A stretch of DNA of 64,000 nucleotides from an uncultured Gemmatimonadales bacterium (lineage in GTDB: Bacteria > Gemmatimonadota > Gemmatimonadetes > Gemmatimonadales > GWC2-71-9): contig CAVVKJ010000005.1 in the NCBI GenBank assembly GCA_963748815.1, forward strand, positions 320,001 through 384,000. Reading direction: 5' to 3'. Each line of letters begins with the position of its first letter. Position 1 is the stretch's first letter. Of this stretch, positions 53,595-62,440 are shown piece after piece. The notes under the pieces were generated by a model. That model was not told where the DNA came from and did no database searches. It was given only the letters and a program-made list of their open reading frames with translations. The position numbers were made by a program, and so were the translations under genes.

Positions 53595-53670
53595 TAGGAC
53601 CGCGCGCATGGGATCCCATGCGCGCGTTTTTTGTTGCGATGAATCGGTGGTGCGGCGCTATCGTCACGCC

Positions 53671-54045
53671 ATGCGCCACGCCACCGATCGACACGGCTTC
53701 ACCCTGCTCGAAGTTCTCGTCGCGGCCATCCTCCTGACCGCGGGAATTGGCGCACTCCTCCGCACCGCGTCACTCACCACCCGGATGACCGTGCAGGCTC
53801 GCCAGGCGACGCGCGCCATGCAGGCGGCCACGACGCAGATGGAGCTGCTTCGGGGCCTCGCGGCGCTGCCACCCGCGCACTGTGGCGGCCTGGCCGACGG
53901 CACCGACTCGATGCCCGACGGCACCGTCTGGCGGTGGCGTCTGGCGGCAACGGGAAGCTTGCGGGAAGCGTCGGTGGCCGTCTCCGTGCCTGTCCCCGGC
54001 GGTCGGTTGGAGGACACAGTCACGACGACCATCTGGTGCCCCTGA
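53671..54045 (+). CDS. Minor pilin, PilV-like
   Basis: RHG/FTLLEVLVAAILL prepilin motif. Confidence 0.8.
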   Translation: MRHATDRHGFTLLEVLVAAILLTAGIGALLRTASLTTRMTVQARQATRAMQAATTQMELLRGLAALPPAHCGGLADGTDSMPDGTVWRWRLAATGSLREASVAVSVPVPGGRLEDTVTTTIWCP

Positions 54046-54902
54046 TGCGTGCCGACTCCCGAGGGGTGACGCTGGTCGAGATGATCGTCGCGATCGCCCT
54101 GCTGACCCTCATCACGACGGCCACGCTTCGGAGCCTGCTGGCGCTCGGCCGGCAGTCCGTCGCGGTGACAGAACACGCGGCGGTCCAGGCGGGCGTCCGG
54201 ACGGGGATGGGGCTTGCGAGGGCAGAGCTGCGCGAACTCGGCAGCGACGTCGGCGGCGCCGACCTGGTCCAGTTGGCCACCGACTCGATCACCTTCCGGG
54301 CCGCGCGGGGCTTCGGCGTCACCTGCGGCATGGCCGTCAGCCAGGTCCGGATTCTCGACGCACCGCCCCTCCCGTTCAGTCGGCTGCGCGCTCCCGCGCC
54401 CGGCCGCGACAGCCTCCTGCTCTTTGTCGAGGGCGACTCCGCCACCGCCGCCGACGACCGCTGGATCGTGTTGCCGGTGCTCTCGGTCGGGGGAGCGTCC
54501 TGCGGGGGCGTGCCGGCGCTCGCGATCGGCACGGTCGACCTGACAGCCTTTCTCCCCTCGGGCGCGCTCGCCGAGATCGTCGTCGGCGGGCCGGTCCGCA
54601 CCTTCGAAGTCATGCGGCTGGCGGAATACGCCTCCGGTGGCCAGCGCTGGCTCGGCCAGGCTTCGGTCAGCGGGGGAGAGGTGATTCAGCCGCTGGCGGG
54701 TCCCCTTGCGGGCGACGGGCTGACCCTGGAGTACCTCGGCGACGGCGGCACGGTTGTCGACCCGGCCGCCGTCCGCAGCATTCGCATCACCCTCGTCGGC
54801 GCCAGCGAGCGGCGCGCGGCCATCAACTGGACCGGCGGGGCGAATGCGTTTGTCGCCGAGACGGTCTCCACCCGGCTCTTCCTGCGGAATGTCCGGCGAT
54901 GA
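54045..54902 (+). CDS. Minor pilin, PilW-like
   Basis: SRG/VTLVEMIVAIALL; ELRE; C-terminal VRSIRITL...LFLRN. Confidence 0.8.
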   Translation: MRADSRGVTLVEMIVAIALLTLITTATLRSLLALGRQSVAVTEHAAVQAGVRTGMGLARAELRELGSDVGGADLVQLATDSITFRAARGFGVTCGMAVSQVRILDAPPLPFSRLRAPAPGRDSLLLFVEGDSATAADDRWIVLPVLSVGGASCGGVPALAIGTVDLTAFLPSGALAEIVVGGPVRTFEVMRLAEYASGGQRWLGQASVSGGEVIQPLAGPLAGDGLTLEYLGDGGTVVDPAAVRSIRITLVGASERRAAINWTGGANAFVAETVSTRLFLRNVRR

Positions 54903-55366
54903 GCGAGCGGAGGCGCGTGCGCGACCCTCGAGAGCGGGGCTTTGGCCTCCTGCTGGTCGTCGTGGTGCTCGCGCTGCTCGGTTTTCTCTCGCTCAGCGCC
55001 TTCGGGATTGCCCGCCGCGAATTCCGGGGCGCGACAGACCTGGGCTTTGCCGCGGAGGCCTTCGAGGCGGCGGAATCGGGGCTCGCCGCGGCGGCGTCGG
55101 CCGCGGCCGTCTTTGGGAGCGCTCCCCTGCGCCAGCCGCAATTGGGCCCCGGCATGACGGGAGACCGGGTCCGGTTCGCGACGACGATCCTTCGGCTGAC
55201 CGAGTCGCTCGTGCTCCTGCAGTCCACCGGGGAACGGCTCGACGGGGCAGGGGAGGTGCTGGCCCGGCGGCGGCTCGGGCTGGTAGGAAGGCTCGTCTCG
55301 CCAGCTGGCTCGGCTACCCCACGATTTGAGCAGATCCAATCCCAAGGTTGGGTACAGCTGTACTAG
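54899..55366 (+). CDS. Minor pilin, PilX-like (no Glu5)
   Basis: ERG/FGLLLVVVVLALL; AFEAAESGL. Confidence 0.78.
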   Translation: MSERRRVRDPRERGFGLLLVVVVLALLGFLSLSAFGIARREFRGATDLGFAAEAFEAAESGLAAAASAAAVFGSAPLRQPQLGPGMTGDRVRFATTILRLTESLVLLQSTGERLDGAGEVLARRRLGLVGRLVSPAGSATPRFEQIQSQGWVQLY

Positions 55367-55370
55367 CTTC

Positions 55371-55424
55371 CTGCCCCCTGCCCCCTGCCCCGCTGCCCCG
55401 CTGCCCCGCTGCCCCGCTGCCCCG
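55371..55424. repeat. Tandem repeat (CTGCCCC)x2 + (CTGCCCCG)x5
   Basis: Read directly; one substitution per unit from the 49680 octamer. Confidence 0.9.
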
Positions 55425-55516
55425 CCTTTCTGACCCTCCGCTTTCCGCCACTTTCCTTGCGAAAGCGATTGCACCCTGCCCGGATGCCGGGGTTTAGTGG
55501 TCGAGGTGCCGTTTGT

Positions 55517-55574
55517 TAAGTGATTGATATCACGGATGTTATCTTGCCTGTGAATCTTTTGGCACATCGGTTGC
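55517..55574 (+). promoter_or_regulatory. IHF site and sigma54 promoter upstream of pilM
   Basis: TAAGTGATTGATA is an exact reverse IHF consensus (WATCAA-N4-TTR); TGGCAC-ATCGG-TTGC (55560-55574). Confidence 0.85.
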
Positions 55575-55743
55575 CCGAGAGGGGCGTGGGCAACTCCTTC
55601 CCGGAACGGGATTTGGGGCCACCACCTGGGGGAAACAGCAGTCGACCGGGGCAGTTAAGCCCCCCTCCATGAGTCGGTGCCGGAGCGCATAACTTCGCAT
55701 CGAGCAATGGCTTGTTCAGTGTGACCTCAAGCAAGTTACTAGC

Positions 55744-55772
55744 TTGACAAATTTCGGGTCGAATGGTAGCGT
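55744..55772 (+). promoter_or_regulatory. sigma70 promoter of pilM
   Basis: TTGACA, 17 bp, TAGCGT with extended -10 TG. Confidence 0.6.
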
Positions 55773-55809
55773 AGCCTACCTAACTCCCCTTTTACCGCGT
55801 CAGGCACCT

Positions 55810-56853
55810 ATGGCTCTTTTTGGTCGGAAACGGACCACGGTCGCCCTCGACATTGGCAGCGGGCTCATCAAGCTCGTCGTCATTGACCACGGCTCGGGCG
55901 AACCGGTGCTCACGAAAGTGGCCTTCACGTCCGTGGTGGACGGGGCCATCGTCGAGGGCGAGGTCATGGACCCAGGGATCGTGGCTGACGCCGTCCGGGG
56001 GCTCCTGGCCACCGCGGGGATCAAGGCCAAGCGGGTGGTGACGGCCGTCGGCGGTCGCGACGTGATCATCAAGAAGATTTCGATGGACCGGATGAAGGAG
56101 GGCGAGGCCCGCGAGCAGATCCGCTGGGAGGCCGAGCAGCACGTCCCCTTCGACATGGACAACGTGGAACTCGACTTCCAGATCCTGGACCCCGAGGGTG
56201 AGGGGCTCCAGATGGCCGTCCTCCTCGTGGCCGCCAAGCGCGAACTGGTCGAGACCAAGCAGACGCTGCTCTCCGATGTCGGGCTCGAGGCGGGCGTCAT
56301 CGACGTCGACGCCTTCGCCCTGCACAACGCCTTTGAACTGAACTATCCCGACGCCATGCACGGCGTGGTCGGCCTGGTGAACATCGGGCACGAAATGACC
56401 AACGTGAACATCCTCGACGACGGCGTGCCGGTCCTGACGCGGGACATCATGATCGGGACCCGGCGCTTCCGCGAGGATCTGCAGCGGGAACGGAACATGT
56501 CCGCCGACGAGGCCGACCAGCTGCTCCGCGGCTTCGAGCGCAACGAGGCGCTGGAGCCGCTGCTGGCCTCCCGTGGCGAGGAACTGGCCGTCGGCATCGA
56601 GCGCGCCGCCGCGTTCCTCCAGTCGTCCAGCCGCTCGGCGAGCGGGCTCGCCCGGATCTTCACCTCCGGCGGCGGGTCGCGCATCCCCGGCCTCAATCGC
56701 ATCCTCGCCGACCGCCTCCGGCTGCCGGTGCAGGCCGCCAACCCGCTCGAGCGCCTGCAGGTGGCCGAGGGCGTGTTCGACACCATGTCGCTGGATGAGG
56801 TCGCCCCGCTGTTGATGCTGCCCGTGGGCCTGGCCCTCAGGACCGCGGCGTGA
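55810..56853 (+). CDS. pilM: Type IV pilus assembly protein PilM
   Basis: ALDIGSGLIK, WEAEQHVPF, VLLVAAK, IDVDAFAL, GGGSRIPGL, VGLALR. Confidence 0.95.
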   Translation: MALFGRKRTTVALDIGSGLIKLVVIDHGSGEPVLTKVAFTSVVDGAIVEGEVMDPGIVADAVRGLLATAGIKAKRVVTAVGGRDVIIKKISMDRMKEGEAREQIRWEAEQHVPFDMDNVELDFQILDPEGEGLQMAVLLVAAKRELVETKQTLLSDVGLEAGVIDVDAFALHNAFELNYPDAMHGVVGLVNIGHEMTNVNILDDGVPVLTRDIMIGTRRFREDLQRERNMSADEADQLLRGFERNEALEPLLASRGEELAVGIERAAAFLQSSSRSASGLARIFTSGGGSRIPGLNRILADRLRLPVQAANPLERLQVAEGVFDTMSLDEVAPLLMLPVGLALRTAA

Positions 56854-56878
56854 GCCCCGAGACCCGGACCGACGCCTC

Positions 56879-57583
56879 ATGATTGAAATCAACCTTCGTC
56901 CAGGCCAGAAGCGCGCGCGCGGCGGATCCCCGTTCGCCGGGTTGCAGGCGCAGCTGTCCGGACTCCGCGAACGGATGCGCGATCCGCTCCCGCTGGTCGC
57001 CGTGGGCGTGGTGGCGCTGGTGGTGCTCTGGCTGAGCTGGTCGTGGTTCAAGACCGGCAGCGACCTCGGCGCGCTCGAGCCGCAGCTTGAGCAGGCCCGC
57101 CAGGAAAACCAGCGCTTCCGGAACTTCGTGGCCCAGAAGAAGAAGGTCGAACTGATTCGCGACTCGCTCGTGGCCCAGATCCAGGTGCTGCAGCAGGTCG
57201 ACGGCGAGCGCTACGTGTGGCCCCACGTCATGGACGAGGTCACCCGTGCCCTGCCCCCCTACACCTGGCTCGTGGACCTCGGCGCCGCCGGTCCCGCGCC
57301 GGTGCCGGTCGTGCCTGGCTCCCCCGGCGACACCATGCCGGCGGACGCCCCGCCGCCGGTGATGCGCCTCCAGATCAATGGGCGCACCGTAGACGTGCAG
57401 GCCTTTACCCGGTTCCTGCGCCAGCTCGAGGCCTCGCCCTGGATCTCGGACGTGCAGCCGATTTCGGCGCAGACCGTCGTGCAGGATGACCGCCCCGTGA
57501 CGGCGTTCTCGATCCGGGCCGCGTTCCGCAAGGCGGACTCCGCCTACATCCGGACCGTGCCCCTCAGCCAGTCGGTGAGGTAA
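56879..57583 (+). CDS. pilN: PilN
   Basis: MIEINLRP motif, TM, coiled coil, LPPYTWL. Confidence 0.9.
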   Translation: MIEINLRPGQKRARGGSPFAGLQAQLSGLRERMRDPLPLVAVGVVALVVLWLSWSWFKTGSDLGALEPQLEQARQENQRFRNFVAQKKKVELIRDSLVAQIQVLQQVDGERYVWPHVMDEVTRALPPYTWLVDLGAAGPAPVPVVPGSPGDTMPADAPPPVMRLQINGRTVDVQAFTRFLRQLEASPWISDVQPISAQTVVQDDRPVTAFSIRAAFRKADSAYIRTVPLSQSVR

Positions 57584-57590
57584 CCGCGCC

Positions 57591-58223
57591 ATGGCACTCA
57601 TCAACGACCAGAACAAGGTGCCGGTGCTGGCCATCGTCATGGCCGGTCTCATCGGGTACATGGTCTACTCCGGCGCCGGCATCGACCAGATCGGCATCGA
57701 CGGGGTGCAGGCCCGCGAGGCCCATGTCGTCGCGCTCCAGGACACCCTCGACCGCGTGCAGGCGCAGACCGACAGCGCCAAGCGGGAGCTCGCCAAGGGC
57801 ACGGCCGAAGACCTCCGCAAGGAGCTCGACAGCCACCGGGCCAGCCTCGCGCTGCTCCGCCAGATGGTGCCGGAAATGAACGAGGTCCCGAACCTCCTCG
57901 ACGCCATCTCCACCCGCGCGAAGATCCGCGGCGTGAACCTGGCGCAGGTGGTGCCGCTCCCCGAGCAGGCGGGTCCGGCCCCGTTCAACACCTACACGTA
58001 CAACATCTCGGTGCTCGGGCATTACGACGAAATCGGCGAGTTCCTCGCCGACATCGCCTCCCTGCCGCGGATCATCGTTCCCCAGGGCGTCACGATGGCG
58101 CCGGCGCCCAACAATTCCGCCAAGGTCATGGGCGACACGACGGGCGCGCTGCTCGAAGCCAAGTTCCAGATTCGGACCTTCGTGAAGTCCGCCGATCGGG
58201 AAGGAGCGAACAGTGGCACCTGA
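57591..58223 (+). CDS. pilO: PilO
   Basis: EVPNLLDAI, GHYDEIGEFLADIASLPRII. Confidence 0.9.
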   Translation: MALINDQNKVPVLAIVMAGLIGYMVYSGAGIDQIGIDGVQAREAHVVALQDTLDRVQAQTDSAKRELAKGTAEDLRKELDSHRASLALLRQMVPEMNEVPNLLDAISTRAKIRGVNLAQVVPLPEQAGPAPFNTYTYNISVLGHYDEIGEFLADIASLPRIIVPQGVTMAPAPNNSAKVMGDTTGALLEAKFQIRTFVKSADREGANSGT

Positions 58224-58734
58224 CCGTATCGGGCTCACGCTCTGCCTGGCGCTCGCGCTGGCCGCCTGCGGCGGCGACGCCGAGGCCCCGGCCGCCGCCC
58301 CGGACGTCGCCCCGGCCCCAATGGTCGATGCCCAGACCGCGCAGGCCGATTCCGTCGAGGCCGCGCGCGTCGCGGCCGCCCGCGCCGACAGCGCCTCCGT
58401 CACCGGACCGCTGGCCCAGCGCGAGACCTTCGCCTACACCGGCGGCAGTCGCGACCCCTTCGAGTCGCTGCTCGACATGGCCACCTCCGGCCCCGAGCTC
58501 CCCGACCTGATGCTCGTCGCGATCTACCAGGACCTGGCCTACAACAGCAACTCCGTCGCGCTCCTGCGCGACCGCACCAACGACCGCCGGTTCAAGTTGC
58601 GGGTCGGCGATCAGCTCGGCCGCCTCAAGGTGGCGCAGATTCGTCAAAAGGATGTGGTCTTCATTGTCGAGGATTTCGGCTTCGAGCGGCAGGAAACACT
58701 GTCGCTGACCAAGCGGGAGGAAGAGACGCCATGA
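58213..58734 (+). CDS. pilP: PilP-like lipoprotein
   Basis: LAA-C lipobox, RDPFESL, LRVGDQLG; lies between pilO and pilQ. Confidence 0.8.
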   Translation: MAPDRIGLTLCLALALAACGGDAEAPAAAPDVAPAPMVDAQTAQADSVEAARVAAARADSASVTGPLAQRETFAYTGGSRDPFESLLDMATSGPELPDLMLVAIYQDLAYNSNSVALLRDRTNDRRFKLRVGDQLGRLKVAQIRQKDVVFIVEDFGFERQETLSLTKREEETP

Positions 58735-60492
58735 CCCGAGTACTCACCTGTGCCCTTGCCGTCGCGCTCATGGGGCTGGCCTCGCCAGCCCGGGCCGACG
58801 TCTCCGACCCCGGGTCGGTCACCGGCGTCAGTGTCGTCTCCGCGCCAGGCCGCGCCGAGGTCGTCATCGCCATCTCCGGTGCGGTCCAGCTCAAGGACTT
58901 CATCCTCAAGGATCCCGCCCGTCTGGTCGTGGACCTGACCGGGGTCACCATCGATCCGCGCTCGCTCGGCATGTACGACGGCGTGAATCGCGGTGGCGTC
59001 CTCAACGTCCGGACCGGCCAGTACTCAGCGCAGACCGTGCGCGTGGTGGTCGAGCTGGACGCGGTCAAGGACTACACCATCGACCAGAACGCCAACGAGA
59101 TCCGGATTTCGTTCGGCGCCGAGCGGCCCTTCCTGGCCTGGTCCAGCGCGGCCCCCGGCGAGTTCTCCGCGCCGGCGTCGCGCCCCGCCTCGGCGCGTCC
59201 CGCCGGGACCCCCGAAGTGACCACCGCCTCCTACAAGGCGGCGGCCCCGGGCGACGAGCCCCGCATCACCGTGACGTGGGACAACGCGTCGATCGCCGAC
59301 GTGGTGGCAGGCTTCGCCGCCTTCAGCGGCCGCTCGATCATCCTCGGCCGCGACATCAAGGGCGAGGTGTCGGCCGAGATCAAGAACCAGCCGTGGACCG
59401 AGGCGTTCTATGCCGTCCTCGCCACGCAGGGGCTGTCCGCCACCGAGCTTCCCGGCGGCATCATCCGCGTCGACTCGCCGTCCGCGCTGTCGGCCCTCGA
59501 CTCGCTCGAACCGCTGGAGACGGTCGTGGTGCGGATGAACTACGCCCGCGCCAAGGAAATGTCGAAGAACCTCGACGGCATCCTGACCAAGGGCCGGGGC
59601 AAGGTCTTCCCGGACACCGCGTCCAACTCGCTCATCATCACCGACACGCGGAGCCGGGTCCAGAACGTCGCGACCTTCGCCCGCAGCCTCGATATCCGGA
59701 CGCCGCAGGTGGCGATCCAGGCCAAGATCATCTTCGTCAACCGCACCAGCCTCGACGAACTCGGCCTGAAGTACGACCTGGGCAGCCAGTCGACCTTCTA
59801 CAACTCGCTCGTCAGCCGACCCGATCCGGCGAACCCCGGCGACACCTACTCGCCCGGACCAGACGGTCGTCGGGCTCGGCGGCAACTCGCTCGCCGCGGT
59901 CGGCAACGCCGAAGCCAGCATCTCGCAGCCGGCGCTCGACCTGGTCTGGTCCACCGCCATCGGGAACTTCGACTTCACCGTCTTCCTCTCGGCGCTCGAG
60001 CAGACCGAACTGGCCGACATCCAGGCCGAGCCGAGCATCAACACGATGGACAACCGCGAGGCCACCATCCTCGTCGGCGAAGAGACGCCGGTTCGCGTCA
60101 TCGACTACGGGTCCGGGACCGTCGCCGCGCAGTCCACGGTGGACTTCAAGCAGACCGGTATCAAGCTCGTGGTTACGCCGCACGTGACCGACGACCGGCA
60201 CATCACGATGAAGCTGCACACCGAGCGGTCCGCGGTGCGCCCGGTCGCCGACCGCGAGCTCGGCTTCATCGTCGAAACCCAGCAGGCCGACAACCAGCTC
60301 CTCGTGGCGGACGGCCAGACGGCCGTCATCGGCGGCCTGACGGTCACCGAGGTCAACAAGACCCGCTCCGGCATCCCGATGCTGTCGCGACTGCCGCTCC
60401 TCGGCCCGCTCTTCTCTTTCAGCAGCAACCGGGAACAGCGGAAGGACCTGATCATCCTGGTCACCCCGCGCATCCTGGACGACAACTTCTAG
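58731..60492 (+). CDS. pilQ: Type IV pilus secretin PilQ with AMIN domain (frameshift ~59860)
   Basis: PARLVVDL AMIN motif; DTASNSLIITD; PQVAIQAKI; GIKLVVTPHV; DGQTAVIGGL; DLIILVTPRI. Confidence 0.92.
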
Positions 60493-60533
60493 GCGGACCG
60501 CCGCGCGGCCTCGCCGCGCCACCTTCCACCACC

Positions 60534-60567
60534 CGTGAGCCCGACCCGTGTCGGGCTCACGCGTTTC
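60534..60567 (+). terminator. Hairpin between pilQ and aroC
   Basis: CGTGAGCCCGAC-CCGT-GTCGGGCTCACG then CGTTTC. Confidence 0.6.
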
Positions 60568-60608
60568 TCCCGGCCGCGCGGCCTGGCGACCGGCAACCTG
60601 GACATCGC

Positions 60609-61805
60609 GTGCACTTTCGATTCACCACCGCAGGCGAATCGCATGGCCCGGCCCTCGTGGCCATCGTCGAAGGGCTGCCGGCAGGACTGCCGGTGGCCGC
60701 GTCGTTTGTGGATGCGCAGCTCGCCCGCCGGATGCAGGGGTACGGGCGCGGCGCCCGGATGCAGATCGAGCAGGACCGGATCGAGTGGCTCAGTGGCGTC
60801 CGGCGCGGCGAGACCCTCGGCTCCCCGGTCGCCATGCAGGTCGCCAACCGGGACTGGGCCAACTGGAAGGACGTCATGGCGCCCGAGGGGACTCCAGGCG
60901 AGCCCCGACGCCGCCAGGTGACCCGCCCGCGCCCCGGCCACGCCGACCTCGTCGGGGTCCTCAAGTACGACCGTGAGGACGCCCGGGACATCCTCGAGCG
61001 CGCCAGCGCGCGCGAAACGGCGGCACGCGTCGCGGCCGGCGCCCTGGCCCGGCGCCTCCTCGAGGAGTTCGGGGTCGCCATCGGCAGTCACGTCGTGTCA
61101 CTCGGCGGCATCCCTGCCCGGCCGCCCCATCCGCTCCCCTCGCCGCTCAACGAGGCCGCCGACCGGTCCGCCGTTCGGGTCCTCGACCCCGCCGCCGAGG
61201 CCGAGATCATCCGGCGGATCGACGCGGCCAAGGCGGCCGGCGACACGTTGGGCGGGGAAGTGGAGGTCGTGGTCGAGGGGCTGGTGCCGGGCCTCGGCAG
61301 CCATGTGAGCTGGGACCGCAAGCTCGATGGGCGGCTGGCCGGACTGTTGATGTCGATTCCAGCCGTGAAAGGGGTCGAGATCGGGCTCGGATTTGAGGCC
61401 GCACGACGGCCCGGCTCGGCAGTGCATGACCCCATCCTCGCCGCGCCGGTGCGCGGTGCCGGGGTGAAGGTAGGCTACGGGCGCCAGACCAATCACGCCG
61501 GCGGGCTGGAAGGCGGCATGACGACCGGTGAGCCGCTCATCGTGCGGGTGGCAATGAAGCCGATCAGCACGCTCATGAGCCCGCTCCCGACGGTCGACCT
61601 GACGACCGGGCAGGCGGCCGCGGCGCAGAGCGAGCGCTCCGACGTGACCGCGGTGCCGGCCATGGGGGTGGTGGCGGAAGCGATGGTGGCCGTCGTGCTG
61701 GCCGACGCGATGCTCGAAAAGTTCGGCGGGGATTCGCTGGGCGAGATGCGCCGCAACGTCGAGGGGTACGTCGCGGCGCTCCAGGCGCGGCGGACCGCTC
61801 GGTGA
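60609..61805 (+). CDS. aroC: Chorismate synthase
   Basis: FTTAGESHG, RPRPGHAD, ERASARETA, NHAGGLEGGMTTG, MKPISTL, RSD. Confidence 0.96.
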   Translation: MHFRFTTAGESHGPALVAIVEGLPAGLPVAASFVDAQLARRMQGYGRGARMQIEQDRIEWLSGVRRGETLGSPVAMQVANRDWANWKDVMAPEGTPGEPRRRQVTRPRPGHADLVGVLKYDREDARDILERASARETAARVAAGALARRLLEEFGVAIGSHVVSLGGIPARPPHPLPSPLNEAADRSAVRVLDPAAEAEIIRRIDAAKAAGDTLGGEVEVVVEGLVPGLGSHVSWDRKLDGRLAGLLMSIPAVKGVEIGLGFEAARRPGSAVHDPILAAPVRGAGVKVGYGRQTNHAGGLEGGMTTGEPLIVRVAMKPISTLMSPLPTVDLTTGQAAAAQSERSDVTAVPAMGVVAEAMVAVVLADAMLEKFGGDSLGEMRRNVEGYVAALQARRTAR

Positions 61806-62323
61806 TCGACCGGCACATCGTCCTGATCGGACTTCCGGGTTCCGGCAAGAGCACGGTGGGACCCCTCGTGGCTGCCGCCCTCGAACTCCCGTTCGTCGAC
61901 CTGGACGGCGTGATCATTCGCCGGATGGGGATGCCGGTGGCCCGGATCTTCGGGGAGTTCGGGGAGGCGCATTTCCGGACGCTTGAGCGTGAAGCGACGG
62001 CCGACCGACTCGCCTCCGATCCGGCCGTAATTGCGCCCGGTGGTGGCTGGGCCGCACAACCGGGGAATCTCGAGCAGGCCCGGGATCGGGCGCTGTTCTT
62101 CTACCTGCTGGTGGCCCCGGACATCGCCCTCGAGCGGGCGGGGCGGGGCGCGGTGCGTCCGCTGCTCGCCGGCGGGGAGGGACTGACCCGCATGAACACA
62201 CTCCTGGCCGAGCGGGAATCGTTCTATGCGCGGGCCGACGCGACCGTCCGGAACGACAGCGAGGACCCCGCGCCCGCCGCCGCCGAAATCGTGGAGTGGA
62301 TCCGCCGAGGCGGCTTCGCCTGA
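61802..62323 (+). CDS. aroK: Shikimate kinase
   Basis: GLPGSGKSTVG, DLD, GEAHFRTLE, GGG, RPLL. Confidence 0.93.
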   Translation: MIDRHIVLIGLPGSGKSTVGPLVAAALELPFVDLDGVIIRRMGMPVARIFGEFGEAHFRTLEREATADRLASDPAVIAPGGGWAAQPGNLEQARDRALFFYLLVAPDIALERAGRGAVRPLLAGGEGLTRMNTLLAERESFYARADATVRNDSEDPAPAAAEIVEWIRRGGFA

Positions 62324-62440
62324 GCCGTCCATCCGCGGTGGATTTGATCCTCCCGCCTTGCCATTCGGTCACGCCCGTCCTTAGTTGCTAGCGATTTTCC
62401 GGGTTGGCGGGACCAATCTGACTGTCTGATATCGAGGCCT

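Noticed and set aside
55586..55690. GEMM-I, c-di-GMP-II or c-di-AMP riboswitch call
   Set aside because: Consensus elements could not be matched by eye, so it is kept only as an unknown structured-RNA candidate.
58731..61805. Apparent 1024-aa PilQ-AroC fusion ORF
   Set aside because: A frameshift at ~59860 moves PilQ off-frame. The true secretin C-terminus ends at 60492 and aroC starts at 60609.
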